From NCBI GenBank assembly GCA_951406725.2, contig OX597818.1, positions 132,866,001 to 132,930,000 on the forward strand: 64,000 bases of DNA, read 5' to 3'. Of the stretch, positions 40,332 to 54,546 are shown piece by piece (position 1 is the first letter of the stretch; the number at the start of each line of letters is the position of its first letter). The notes beneath the pieces are model-generated. The model made no database searches. It was not told the origin of the DNA and saw only the letters and a program-made list of their open reading frames with translations. A program made the translations under genes and the position numbers. Source of the DNA: Octopus vulgaris. Lineage: Eukaryota.

Positions 40332-41089
40332 TCATGCATAGTATTCGCGCATAATATTCACATATGTGCATAATGTTGCTTGGAGAACTTTACGTTGAAA
40401 GTAGTTGTTGAATTATATTTTGTGCTTGAACCTTAACCTTTAACTCTAAAATTAAATGCTAAGCCAACCGTAACCGAGAAAAAAAATGTTAACATCAAAA
40501 TTCATGGTCATTTTTCACAAAATGGAAGCGAGAAAACAATAAGTACACATCGCAATAAATATATCGTTCGATTTATTGAAACAGGATGAGGGCCACGTTA
40601 AAGCCTTCAACAAAGAGAATAAAGTAACATTTTTATGAAGATATATTTAAATTGAAATTATCAACATTTTAAGATATCCATTTTAGACTGAACAGGATAG
40701 TCCTGGAGTTTCTGCTGCACAGAAAATACAAAACAATGTGTAATGTTTTTTGTCTACATTTTTATAAGACACTTCTAGGCTACTTCTCTGTTGTACACCT
40801 AGAGATTGTATTACACGATTTGCAATATATTTGGGACACATTATCGTGAAGCATGTTTTTGGCCATCAATTACAGACTTGGTACAATTACGGACTTGTCA
40901 TTATCACCGTTCCCTTAGATCGTTGACCCACATGCATATAAATACATGAATATGTGTGCATTGGTGTGTTTGTATCTATGTACATATAGATAAATTTATG
41001 CACTCTCTCCTCTCTTTTCCTATATATATTATATATATTAATGAAATTAGAAATGTTTATGAGGCATATAACAAAATATATTTAAAAAA

Positions 41090-42800
41090 TTTAAGAATAT
41101 TCCAACTGCTTTCAACAAAAAAGTAGAAAAATACTACTATAAAAAGTAGTTGAACCGACGCACTGAAATTACTAAAACACTAGCCTACCACGAAGGTATA
41201 ATTAACCTTTCAACTTATTTGGACTAAGAATTAAAGACAAAGAAAACATTGAATCCGAGGTTTAACACGTATTATCCAACTTAAAGTTTCATAAGTAATC
41301 TGATACCTTCCAAAGCATATAATTTTAAGATTAACAATATTCGGAAATCTAAGTAAATTTCATATTCTCCCATAAAATTTAGCCCTTTATGGAGTATACA
41401 ACAGCATTTATAAGTAACTATACAGCAATAGCATATCACTAAACTATTTCTTAAGTAGCGTGCAGACACATAATAGTGTAAATAGCGAGATAAAATATAT
41501 GGCATATGAGAAGCGTATGCCACACTTCAAGGCCATAAAAGAGAAATTTTCTTTAATGCATATTAATTAAAATCATTGAATTAGAACTTGGATTAATTAG
41601 CAAGGACAGTTTAAATTATATTAATAACATTAGAAGAGCCACTAACCTTCAGTTATTGAATGAGAGTCACTATTGGTTTAACTATAATAATAATAAAATT
41701 AGCTTCAAATCCATCCAATTTGATATCATTCAATTTTAATCCTCGATATCTAAATCCCCGTTCAGAGTCTTATATTGTATTATCAAAGATAAGAAAATGC
41801 AGATGATAGCGCATGTCAAGAAAACCTAGTTTTTGCCCAAAGATCCTACCTAGGCAAAAAATCAAACTTAGCGAGTTCTTTCTACATAAGTACACAGGCA
41901 TACGACAGCATGGGTGTTTGTAATCTTGTGTAAGTATATGTTCTAAATGTACGAAAGGAGAAATTCAATGTAGTGTATGTTTGCCAATATAGAGACGGTG
42001 CTCTAGTAACATAGCAAGTGTACTTTATTCATTTTAAGAGAAAACCTCTTCAATACATTCAATGCCTTCGGCTTAAAAATAACTGAGTCATTGTTAATTT
42101 TTCATATGCCATCTTCAGTTTACCAAACAATTCATACAGCACTTAATGAAACATAACACGTATTACTTATTATATGTACAACCTAGTGAAAAATTACATT
42201 CTTCCATTCACTCATTGTTTAAAAATCATAAATTAAAAGAGAAGAATATCGCATTTCTTATCTACTAAAGTTATCTTCAATAAGTTGGACCCTTCCTTAA
42301 AAATCCCTAGGAGCGAACAGATTCATAGATACGATTAACTACACTTTCAGCCTCCTGCTATTTCATATTAAGAAAAGATGCAGAAATATCTTTGGTTTAC
42401 CTTGAAGTTTTTAGATTTAATCGACAAATATTTCTCCACTAATCATAGATATAAGAAATTTTCTAAACCTTGAGCCTTGGATGTAGAGTTATAGTTACAC
42501 CACTAATATGAAAAAGAATATCAGATATAAACCATCTAAGTTAATCGAGGTCAATTGTCATTTAGAAATAACTACATATGCCCACTCAACCAGTCATTGT
42601 ATATTAAATGGAAGTCACCTAATCTAAACAAAAATTTGTAGTAAACAAAATTTACTTAGGTATAGCAGAAGAAACATTCAAACTATTGTTTAAGGTACAC
42701 TTTCTCATTCATATACATTAAAAAGAGCAATGTAACGAAATTGTCGGATTACGCCAGACGTAAGGAAAGCTCAATACAACTGAAGTGAAATGATAAATGA
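41090..42800 (+). mobile_element. Penelope-like element remnant
   Basis: AYATLQGHK, IQFDIIQF, YLGIAEETFK in broken frames, colinear with 38100-39570. Confidence 0.72.
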
Positions 42801-43188
42801 TATTCAAATTTTCAGACATGATCAATGTTCAACCGAACTGATCGTATTCTGTAAACCCTTTGAATTCTACTCATCACCTAAACAGATGACCCGTGATCTT
42901 TGGAAAATGTAGAAACTGTGACAAACACTTATTAAGAAACTAAACTTCATTATCACAACTAGATTAAAGAAATAATCTATACCTTCCATACACTTAGATA
43001 TAGGATTTAGTGCTCGGGCATGTAAGATACGTTATTTCATACAATGTTTAATGTTTCTTCTTATATTCTTATATATTTTTTTATTTTTTGTCATTGTTTA
43101 TTGTTTAAAATTAAAAATTTTTATTTGGTTATTTTTAAAAGATTTACTCTTCAGCCTCTTAATTTTCTGTGTGTATGCATGCATGTAC

Positions 43189-43230
<42 letters not shown>

Positions 43231-43236
<6 letters not shown>

Positions 43237-43442
43237 GAAAGAATGGAGTTGAACGACGATTTAAAAAAATTTTTATTCTCGACATATGTTTCAAAGAAAG
43301 CATAAATTTTAAGGAATAAGGGGTGCATTATGAGAAAAACAAGGAACTTATGTAAATGAACAAAAGCTCTTAGATGACTGCCTACATGTCGAGAATAACG
43401 GAATTTTGTTAAATCGTCGTTCAACTCTATTCTTTCATTTAT
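43231..43442. repeat. ~55 bp inverted repeat around a 100 bp spacer
   Basis: 43231-43285 is the reverse complement of 43386-43442 with few differences. Confidence 0.9.
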
Positions 43443-43563
43443 TTGTATTTAAAAAAAACACACAAATTTCCTTACTATCACGTGATCTCTCCACTTGTGC
43501 ATGGTCAACCGTGTTTTTCTGACGGGAATTTGCACCATTTATTGAATCTATCCATATATATAA

Positions 43564-43627
<64 letters not shown>

Positions 43628-43888
43628 CAATAAGATATAATAATATAGTAATATATTAAGATGTATCAAATGCATTATAACATAGGTAGTTATAGCAATT
43701 AAAACCAGAAAGGTAAATTTAATAAATGAAGGTGTAAAGTAACACCTACAATTGCTAGAAATGAGAGCCAAAATTTAAATCAAACAACCACACAAAATCA
43801 CTAACTTCATAGAATATTTAGGACTGCAAGCAGCAAGCCACTACATCTTTCTTTGGTGAGATACACTCACAGAATGAAGTAGTTTGAT

Positions 43889-43951
43889 AAAACACTATCA
43901 CTTGATTTCGAATTTTGATCAATATGATATTGTTTCTCGTCAGAGGTTTCC
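43889..43951 (-). ncRNA. Type I hammerhead ribozyme motif, core intact
   Basis: ggaaacct CTGACGA gaa-a-caata-tca-tattg-atcaaaa-ttc GAAA TCAAGTGA TA gtgtttt; predicted cleavage between 43896 and 43895; stem I imperfect. Confidence 0.72.
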
Positions 43952-44302
43952 ACAATTTCGCCTCCTATTCGTTCATGGGAAAAACCGTTGAAAAGCGAGC
44001 GCTAAAATTCAAAACGGTTAAAGTGTACAGTAACATACAATAAGATGTTATAATAGTATATTAATATATCAAGAAATATTAAATACATTATAATATAAGT
44101 TGTGAGTGTAGCAATTAAAACCAAAAAGGTAAAATTAATAAATGAGGGTGTAAAATAACACCTACAATTGCTAGAAATGAGAGTCAAAATTTTAACTCAA
44201 ACAGCCACACAAAAGCACTAACCTTATGAAATATTTGGGAGTGCGAGCAGCAAGCCAGATCTTTCCTTGGCGAGATACATTTACAGAATGAAATAGTTTG
44301 AT

Positions 44303-44365
44303 AAAACATTGTCACGTGATTTTGAAGTTTGATCAATATGGTCTTGTTTCTCGTCAGAGGTTTCC
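44303..44365 (-). ncRNA. Second-unit hammerhead motif, core mutated
   Basis: CTGACGA retained, GAAA changed to AAAA, perfect palindrome TCACGTGA, TA changed to CA. Confidence 0.6.
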
Positions 44366-44490
44366 ACAATTACTCCTAGTTAAAATTAAAAGTTATTCGT
44401 TCATGAGAAAAAACCGTTGAAAAGCGAGCGCTAAAATTCAGAACGGTTAAAGAGTTTAGTAACATACAAGATATTATAATAATATATTAG

Positions 44491-44862
44491 CAAGAGTGGT
44501 TGTGTGGTAAGTAGCTTGCTTACCAGCCACATGGTTCCGGGTTCAGTCCCACTGCGTGACACCTTGGGCGTTTTTCTTCTACTATAGCTTCGGGCCGACC
44601 AAAGCCTTGTGAGTGGATTTTGTAGACAGAAACAGAAAGAAGCCTGTCGTATGTATGTATATGTTTGTGTGTCTATATTTGTCCCCCACCATCACTTGAC
44701 AACCGATGCTGGTGTATTTATGTCTCCGTAACTTAGCGGTTCAGCAAAAGAGACCGATAGAATAAGTACTAGGCTTACAAAGATAAGTCCTGAGGTTGAT
44801 CTGTTCGACTAAAGGCAGTGCTCCAGCATGGCCGTAGTCAAATGACTGAAACAAATAAAAGA
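44491..44862 (+). mobile_element. SINE family B, inside the tandem-repeat region
   Basis: Head to tail match. Confidence 0.9.
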
Positions 44863-45077
44863 ATATATTTGGAACTGCGAGCAGCAAGCCACAACAGCTC
44901 TCTTTGGCGAGATGTTGTGACTTACTACTTGCAGTCCCATATATTTCACAAGGTTAGTGCTTTTGTGTGACTGAGTTAAATTTTGGCTCTCATTTCTAGC
45001 AATTGTAGGTGCTATTTTACACCACCCTCCACACACACACACGCATATACATATGTACGTACGTATGTATGTATGCA

Positions 45078-45117
<40 letters not shown>

Positions 45118-45139
45118 TATATATATATATATATATATA

Positions 45140-45462
<323 letters not shown>

Positions 45463-45580
45463 TATATGTATATATATACACATGTGTACACAGATGTTTA
45501 CATATACATATAGTTAGGTAAATAGATAGATAGATATGTGCGTATATATATATATATGCATGTGCACATATATATATATG

Positions 45581-45630
<50 letters not shown>

Positions 45631-45686
45631 TACATACATACATACATACATACATTCATGCATACATTCATGCATACATACATACA

Positions 45687-45720
<34 letters not shown>

Positions 45721-46200
45721 CATACATACATACATACATACATACATTCATACATATATATATATACATATATACATACATACATACATACATACATACA
45801 TACATACATTACATTACATACATACATACATTACATACATACATACATACATACATATATACATACATACATACATAAACATATTTAAAACTGCTATCCA
45901 ATGACTCCATTCCCAGTTCAATGAGTTTTCATACGTCATCTTGAAGAATTTTTTTTTTTGTTTTTTTCCCGAATAGAAAGTTTTTCCCACGTCTAAGTAC
46001 GCGCCAAGGTGTTAATATGATTTTACACGAATATACTTTACCCAACTGAAGAGAATTTCAACCCCATGATGCCTTCACAACCATTACACAGTGTCTGCTT
46101 CTACTCTTCTACTCTAATCAAAATCATAGCAAATCCAACTCCGTTATCTCTTTCCTCGTTTTCTGTTTGTTTGTTGTTTTTCTATCCAGAAAGATATATA

Positions 46201-46613
46201 TACTCTCTACTCTTTTACTCTTTTACTTGTTTCAGTCATTTGACTGCGGCCATGCTGGAGCACCGCCTTTAGTCGAGCAACTCGACCCCGGGACTTATTC
46301 TTTCTAAGCCTAGTACTTATTCTATCGGTCTCTTTTGCCGAACCGCTAAGTGACGGGGACGTAAACACATCCAGCATCGGTTGTCAAGCAATGCTAGGGG
46401 ACAAACACAGACACACACCACACACATACATACATATATATACATATATACGACGGGCTTCTCTCAGTTTCCGTCTACCAAATCCACTCACAAGGCTTTG
46501 GTCGGCCCGAGGCTATAGTAGAAGACACTTGCCGAAGATGGCACGCAGTGGGACTGAACCTGGAACCATGTGGTTAGTTAGCAAGCTACTTACCACACAG
46601 CCACTCCTGCGCC
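46201..46613 (-). mobile_element. SINE family B, full length
   Basis: Full reverse-complement match. Confidence 0.92.
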
Positions 46614-46799
46614 TATATATACACTTTTTTTCTTTTTTGTTCCTTCACTGCAGCCAAACGCGTCTTAGACAGTGCAGCAATTTCAATGCTGTTTGCTATA
46701 TCTTAATAGTCTCTTGGAAGCTATCATAGAGACTAGTCAATACTAAATGTAGAGTTTATATATTTACTGGAAGATGAAACTGATAAATCATTCATTCCC

Positions 46800-47910
46800 A
46801 CGCATCTTTCGGTTCTGAATACGGAAAACAGTATATAATAGAACACCAGAAAATATTTTGAATAGCATAAGCTTTAATTGAATTCAGAAAATAATGTTTG
46901 AATCTCATTAGTTACCAAAAATAACTGTTATTTGAAATTTCGTTTCAAGAAGAAACTGAAGAAGGCTCGTGAAATAAAAATGTCTTCTTGCAGAAAATAA
47001 AAACGTGTGTTTACAGGCAACGATATGAATGAAAAATATGAACTGTATGTTTATAATTAAATGTGAATATAAACGAAAATGTAAATTTAAAATTAAAAAT
47101 GTGTACTACTTGTAAGGAAAATAGCATACAGATTTACATGGAAAAAAACAACATTTTAAAGAAATGTATTTTCTAGAAGTTGGAGATAACAATACAAAGG
47201 TTGCAACGAGATCCAATAAATTCCAGCAATTTCAAAAACAAATACGAAACGTTCATTTACAGGTGGATGACGAAGGTGAAGTATTGATGTTAGAAATTTA
47301 TATAGCATTGAAATTGTTAATGGGACTTAAAGAATTTTTACAGGAGTGTAGATAAAATACCAAACCTTAGATTTTGAAAGCATAAACTCAATCATAAATT
47401 GTTAGTAGACATTAACATATTTTGATATTCTAAAAAGCATTAGTATTCTCAGATGGGACTAAAAAACCTATATGAAGTAGATAGCATTTACATGCACAAT
47501 TACTTAACAGTAACAAAAGTGCAACAAGAACACTCGCACACAGACTATATTAACATTAACTGAGAAACGAATGTCATGCATACACTCTTTACAGACATTA
47601 AGAACTTCAGATATTCTTTAAAAAATGCATTAGTCTCCTCAGATAAGACGAAAAGTCTTTGTAAGACAGACAATGGCTTACGTAGACAATTGCTCAACAA
47701 TAACAAAAGTAATATATTAAATGAGAGCTAGCACACAGACGTATATTTACGTTGGAGAAGGCAAAGCCATTGTAGATTAACTTAATATTGACTATAGAAT
47801 ACATGTATGAAGCTAAGCACTGTCTGTTTATAACGATTAAAAATTATAAGGACGGTTTCGAATCAAGCCTGAAATGCAGACTAATCAATCTAGCTAAATC
47901 TGAAACCAGT
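46800..47910 (+). mobile_element. Penelope-like element remnant (N-terminal RT region)
   Basis: LFITIKNYKDGFESSLKCRLINLAKSE at ~47825-47905; diverged internal duplication 47408-47590 / 47594-47770. Confidence 0.72.
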
Positions 47911-48019
47911 TAAAAAATTTAACTATAATATTGGGATTGCCATCAATACCTAGCAACATAATTGATTCACTATTAAGCTTACATCAACGAAAATGACAGA
48001 GATCTGCATATGTATTTTT

Positions 48020-48215
48020 TTCAAATTTTGGCTCAAGGGCAGCAGCTTAAGCGGAGGATAAGTCGATCATATCGACCCCGTTGTTCAACTGATACTTATT
48101 TGATCGACCGCGAAAGGATGAAAGGCAAAGTAGATCTCGGTGGAAATTGAACGCAGAACGTAAAGATAGACGAAATGCCGCAAAGTATTTTCCCCGGCGT
48201 GCTAACGATATTGCG
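48020..48215 (-). mobile_element. SINE family A, diverged
   Basis: gaaaggatgaaaggcaaagtagatctcggtggaaattgaacgcagaacg. Confidence 0.8.
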
Positions 48216-48289
48216 AACTCTCTTTTTTCTGGGCCGTAATATTAAATTCATTTCACTTTTTCTAATGCTGATAATATCAACATGATGAG

Positions 48290-49080
48290 CTGGCAATTCC
48301 GTTTGAGGTTAGTGAGCTTCAAATACATGGTTTGATAAAGACAGCAGCAATCACCGAACAGCAAATAGAGCCAGGCTCTTACAAAGAGCGAAACTTTTGT
48401 AAATCAGCATGGGAAGCACAAAGGAAAAGTAGATACTGCGAAGATTATTGGAACAATAGAATTTGAGATGTAAAAGGGTCGTCAGTGTTTAGGTGTTTGC
48501 GCATACATATCCAGGTGGTGTATAAACAGTGAGGTGAGATCAATTAATATAACTGAGTTTCTTGTAACTTTGTTAGTAGCTACTATAATATCCGGGGTGC
48601 CAAATGATGTATCGGATAGGATGTGCTGTCAGGATTAACCATATTGGGATTGCTAAAAGTGAAGCAGTATTGCTTTCGCAGAATCTTGACCATGTCTTCT
48701 GCACCACTATGCAGAGTGTTGCCTTCATCTATCAGAGGCCCAACAGATTAGACAGCGTCCTTATGCTTTTGGCGAATGCGAAAAAACACTTTAGGATTGA
48801 TTTTTATTTTCCCAATGGCCCACTTTCTTCTTCTGTTCTTTGACAATCGATGATAGCCTTCATGCAGTTTTGAAGATAATGTTTCTTTGATCCCAGTAAA
48901 GCTATACCTGTCGAGTACGGAGATTGCAGCTGGCAATATTTTAGTCCGTTGATTTTTCTTTTAATCCTTTTTATTTTTCTTATGAGTGCTCTCCGGTTAC
49001 GTGGGATCAATTGTTTAATTTTGCTCATGGTCTCTAGTGGAGTGTACTGCGAATATATATTTGTGACTGTCCACAGATAA
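48290..49080 (-). mobile_element. CR1/Jockey-group LINE remnant (EN-RT linker)
   Basis: KIKINPKVFF, DEGNTLHSGAEDMVKILRKQYCFTFSNP, like IKxNPKxF...LxxQYxSVFS. Confidence 0.6.
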
Positions 49081-49109
49081 CTGCTGGGATGTAATGATGT
49101 TGCTTGAGA

Positions 49110-49790
49110 TGAGAGAATGGGTGAAAGACCAATCAACGACTGAAAGATCTCTAGTGCTATTAACATATCCTCTGAGAAAGTTGAGAATATTCTTCACAAT
49201 CAACTTAGTATGACGAAGATTTCTGTTCAGTGGGTGCCACATTTGAGACCTGATCAAAAACGCACCGGGTTGATCACATCACTGGAAAATCTGAGATTGT
49301 TTGAGGCAGATCCAGCTGGTTTCCTTGAATGTTTCCTAGCCCAGGATGAGCGTTGGGTTTATCACTTTGAGCCAGATACAAAGAGACAATCCGTGCTGTG
49401 GAAAAACTCCTCCTCACCTGTTCCAAAGTAGGCCAAGGTCATTTCATCTGCAGGGAGGACGATGGTCTCAGCTTTTTGGGATGCAAAAAACATTGTGTTT
49501 ATTGGCCATCTTCAAACGGACCCTGAGGCAGTTACGAAAGAAAACGCCCATGAAAACTAACGAAAGGGGTCTGGTTTCATCAAGACAATGCCACAGCATA
49601 TAAGTTCTTGGTTTCAAAGGCCCCAAGTTGTTGGTTTCAAAGGATGCTATGCGTGACTGTGATTTTGAACTGATTCCTCAACCTCCCTATTCTCCTGATT
49701 TGATCCCATCTGACTATCATCTGTTCCCCAACATGAAAAAACACTTAGCTGCGAACCAGTATCGCAGTGATGATGATGTCATATCGCTCA
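49110..49790 (+). mobile_element. Mariner transposase pseudogene
   Basis: WVPHL, DERWVYHFEPDTKRQS, FWDAK, FHQDNA, PPYSPDLIPSDYHLFPNMKK with stops and frameshifts. Confidence 0.92.
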
Positions 49791-50109
49791 TAAACATACA
49801 CATCAAAGCTTATTATAGTAGACATTCATGGGTATGAATATATATTATTCAAAGGAATTCCAACTCTGTTTTTTTATGTTTCATAGAATATAGAATATAT
49901 AGTATAAATAGTATATATAGTGTAAAATGAAATGAAGTATTGATTGTCTTACTGAATAGATGAAATAGTGAATATAAAATATTAAGGGACTAGTATACTT
50001 TCTTGCATTAAAGCAGTCTTCAAGATCCCAGGTTGTGACAGGAGTGTTTATATATTGTGTTATATATTGTGACAGGAGTGTTTATATATTATATAGATAT
50101 ATATATCTA

Positions 50110-53100
50110 CAGGCGGGTGACATAGATACACCACATACTCCCGACACGGATGATTCAGAAGCCTTATCATGCGAAGAGGAAGAACTGAATCCCTCAAGAA
50201 GGACCTGTGTTGGGGAAAAACGAAAAAAGAATTAAAAAAAGGCTGTCCTAACCTGAAAGTGAAAAGACAGGACGTGTGAATGTTCGTGGCCCGGGGTCAG
50301 CTTGAGAGCAAGATCACTTGCTAAACGACCCCAGGTCGTTCGATTTAGATGTGGCTGCAACTAGTGAGACAAGGATTATTTCTAATGCGCAAGCATTAGT
50401 GCCCATTTTCGATGACTATGAAATATTCTCATTATGTGGTCTGTCGGGAGTGGGCGGCGGGGTAACAGTGCTATTCCGAAAATCCTTAGATATCGAAGTA
50501 AAGGCAGTCTTTTTGGACTCGGGCGTGGTAGGTTGGTCCTCGATGTGAATGGTAGCGAAGGTGGCGCCCTTAGACTGGTGGTCGTCTCAGCCCCGACAGG
50601 AACTGGAAGGGCAGAATTCTTCAGGTGACTAGAAACTTTCCTGAGAACGTCTCGCTGTTTAGTTCTAGAAGGGAACTGGAATGAGATTTGGAACGCCCGG
50701 AAGGACTCTGTGGGGCTCTTACACAGAATGGATGCAAAAACCTCGAAAGCCTGCTCAGAGACTTCCAGTTATCTAATAGGTACCGACTGCATTTCCCTGA
50801 TGTGCTAGTATGAACAGGGAGCAATCACAATGGGTTATCCAGATCGTATCTAGATAGAGTATTTGTTAGGTCTGAGGTTGTCCATAATTTAAATTAGTCG
50901 ACTACACAAACCACAAGTTTGTTATCTACACAGTCGAGTTAGTAGATATGACTTGTTGACAGGGACCCATTTACTAGAAGTTAAACACGTCTTTTCCGGT
51001 TCACAAAGACTACAGGGACTGGATTAGTGAACTAGTTAAACGACAATCGTCAACAACCGGTGGTGGGCCGCCCTGAAGAGGGCTATTAGAGCAGAATCGA
51101 TAGCGTTTGGCAAAGAGCAATAAAAAGGAATAGATTAGAGGGTGAACTAATTAGCAAATTAGAAGAGGCAATTAAAAAGGGCATTGCAACCGATGTGTTA
51201 GCGGCGAGAATGACCCTTGATTATTTCTTCGAAGCGAAACACGAAGGTTGCGTTGTTAAAGATATGGAAGAAACTAAAGCTGTCCGATGGGCTCAAACGA
51301 TGGAGACGCGACGTGAAAACAAAACCACGATCAGATCTTGCCGGATCAGGATGGGCGCGTGATACGCGACTCTGAGCACATGTGTGTGGCTTTTCAGCAG
51401 CACTTCACGCGGCTGTTTGGAGAGGGCGATGGGTCGACGACGGTATTGGACTTCAGTTCGTACCTGGACGGCTTTCTGCTGCTCTCGGCAGCTGACACGA
51501 GGTTATGTGAAAGGCTGATAACAGCCGCTGAAATTCGGGAGGTGATGAGCGATTGCACAAGTCGCAGATTGCCCGGTTTGGATTGTCTGCTCTATGAATT
51601 TTCTATGCATTCATGCCAAATTTGTTTAGCGACCTCTTGGCAGACGTCTACTGCAACTGGCAACAGAACGGGAGCATTTCTAGTGCTATTAGCAGAGGTG
51701 TGGTGACACTACTGGTGACACTACTGAGGAAGGACGCTGACAATGGGGACGTACTAGAGAATTTTCGGTCCATAACTCAGCTAAACACAGAGTTTAAGAT
51801 TTTGACCAAGGTGTTAGCGAAAAGGTTGGCGCTTGTCGTCGGTAGCCTGCTCAGAGAAGCGCAAACGTGCGCAATCCCGAGCAGGTCTATCCACGACAAA
51901 CTCCACCTTATGCGATACAACATATAGAGGGCTGGGAGTACAGCTGGCTTCGGGGAAGCTCTGATCCATTTGGGTCAATCAAGAGCATTCGATAGGGTCG
52001 ACTATAACTATTTGGAAGCCGTCCTGAAAGCAGGAAGCTTCGGACCAGTTTTCAGAGGCTGGGTCGCGGCATTGCACAGCGGTACTTGTTCAGTGGTTAA
52101 AGTAAACGGCCACCTATCGGAAACGTTTGGCATCGCACGTTCGGTCCGTCAGGGATGCCCGCTGTCACCTCTTCTATACGTATTGAAACAGCTAAGGGAC
52201 ATCCCTTTCAAACTAGGACAAGGAAGGGCAGTGTCGGCATACGCGGACGATATCACAATCATGGTGTCGGATGCCTCCAAAGTGGAGACAGTCAGCACCA
52301 TCCTAAAGGAATATGAGTCAGTTGCAGGGGCTAAAATCAACGACAAATCGGTTGGTTTGCGGTCGGGTCCCTGCAGAAGCAGGACTTTGCCATCGGATGG
52401 CGCCGTCAGACGCTGGACCGACGAACAAGTTAAAGTGCTCGGGATTCAGTTCGGTCCCGACCTCCAGGTCGATAAGAACTGGGACGAGGTGGCAGAACAG
52501 GGTAGCCAGTCTTACCCAAAAATGGGCTGAAAGAAAGCTGTCCCTGGAAGGTCAGGCAGGGGTGGAAAATGCCTACATCGCCTTCGTTATCATTTACCGC
52601 CTGACCTTTGTGCCTTGTTCCGGATACTGCTTGACCAGGCTGGAGCATCTCTTATTTAAATTCTTGTGGAAAGGACGCGTTCCGATGGTCAGGCAGTCAG
52701 TCTGTTGCAGCATCCTCTGAGTGGGTGGACTAGGTATGTTGTGGCTCCTAAAGCGCAGACATGCGCTTAGATTACGCCTCCTTGCAACGATTTCTGGACG
52801 GTGAGCGTGTGTGGGCTCTGTTCGTGAGGCTCGTCTTTCAGCAACTCGTCTCATTGACGGAGCTGCAGTCCTGGGTGAAGAAAAGACCGAGATTGAGCGC
52901 CTGGTACCTAGAATGTTGTCAGGCGTTCGCAACTATCTACCAGTCGGGCAATGGGATCTGTGGATGTTTTCGCTTTGGAAATTTATAGAGGATTAGTGGC
53001 GAGGAAGTGCGACGACATTCCCGGGGATACTCTAGGCGCCGACGAGAACGAACTGGATAGTCTGTTCTGGAGGACTTTCTGTTCGGGGACTATCATGTAT

Positions 53101-53320
53101 AATTTTCAGATGTCCTTGGCCTGGCAGTGCTACTGGAAGGGGGAGAGAGCGCTAGCGGTTCGAGACAACCTCTACATGCACGGATGTGCCGTCAGATGGA
53201 CTTGGGTTGACGAGGGAAGGTTGACCTCCCTTTGCAAATACCGATAGGGCACAGAAAGTGTGTCAATAGCCAGCTGGAGAAGATGTTCTCCTGGGGCTAC
53301 AAGCTACAGTAACATCCTCT
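50110..53320 (+). mobile_element. Tx1/L1-clade LINE, degenerate ORF2 (AP endonuclease plus RT) and ORF1 tail
   Basis: NVRG, DVAATSETR, PGLDCLLYEF, NFRSITQLNTEFKILTKVLAKRL, QSRAFDRVD, SVRQGCPLSPLLY, AYADD, KLSLEG; many frameshifts. Confidence 0.92.
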
Positions 53321-53355
53321 CGTAGTGATTAGCCATATTGAGATGGCAAATATAC

Positions 53356-53476
<121 letters not shown>

Positions 53477-54177
53477 GTACATACATGCACACTTATCTTA
53501 AATTGTTGCATGTTTCGATATACTAGGAATAAAGAATGTATTCAACATTTTTTCTAATTAGAGTGGAATAGATTTAAAGCCACAATCAATATTGTGAATT
53601 GCCAGATGAAGTTTAATGTGTAACAATAAAGTTTCAAAATTCACTGCCGCAACAAATCAGAAACGTTTAAAAACCCTTAACCCTAGTGTTTGATAATCCT
53701 GTAGAGTACACAAGAAGAATATACTCAGTACATGTTAGAAAAATAGCTAACGTCAACTGAAATCCTGTTTTGCAATCCTAGTTTCATGCCACAGCGATCG
53801 CCAAGCGCGAACGATTGACTCGTGAGACATGACGCCCTTTTCCTAGGTTTCATTAATCAAATTTCACTCATAAAACTATTCAATCCAAAGGTAGAATAAA
53901 ACAAAAAGCACTTCCCCTATGTGAACCACAAAGGCACCGAATCCAACCAGATATACATACATATTTAGACATACATACATACGTACATATAAACGTACAT
54001 ACATGTATGTATGCATACACACACACACATAAATACACATCTATACGCACATACAGATGCATGCATATATACATATATACTTATATGTATGTATACATGC
54101 CTATTTTGATGAAAATATATGTATATTCAATTGTATGCGTATATCGTTGTGTATCTGTAAATGTTCATGTTTAAGTA

Positions 54178-54237
<60 letters not shown>

Positions 54238-54514
54238 CATACATATATGTACGTAAGTGTATGTATATATGTATATATATATATGCATATGTATATATAC
54301 ATACATATATATATATATACGTACGAATGTATATGTATATATATGCAGTCATTTAGTGCTCTGTCACACATTCGCACACTCTCTGCCTTCCTCTCTCCCT
54401 CTCTCTCTCTCTCTCTCTCTACTTATCTATTTGAATGTCTGTGTACCTACATGTGTATGTGCGTGCGCGCTAGAGTGTATTTTCTCCTTTAAATTCTATT
54501 TCGTGTATTTTTTC

Positions 54515-54546
<32 letters not shown>

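Larger units (their letters stand above)
43625..44489 (-). mobile_element. Hammerhead-containing tandem repeat (retrozyme-like), ~2 units of 410-430 bp
   Basis: Units start at 43625, 44035 and 44464; one hammerhead motif per full unit; extra direct (44863-44912) and inverted (44926-45022) fragments. Confidence 0.75.

Noticed and set aside
43625-44489. CRISPR-like or satellite interpretation of the tandem repeats
   Set aside because: Units are >400 bp with no repeat-spacer pattern and no cas genes, in eukaryotic context
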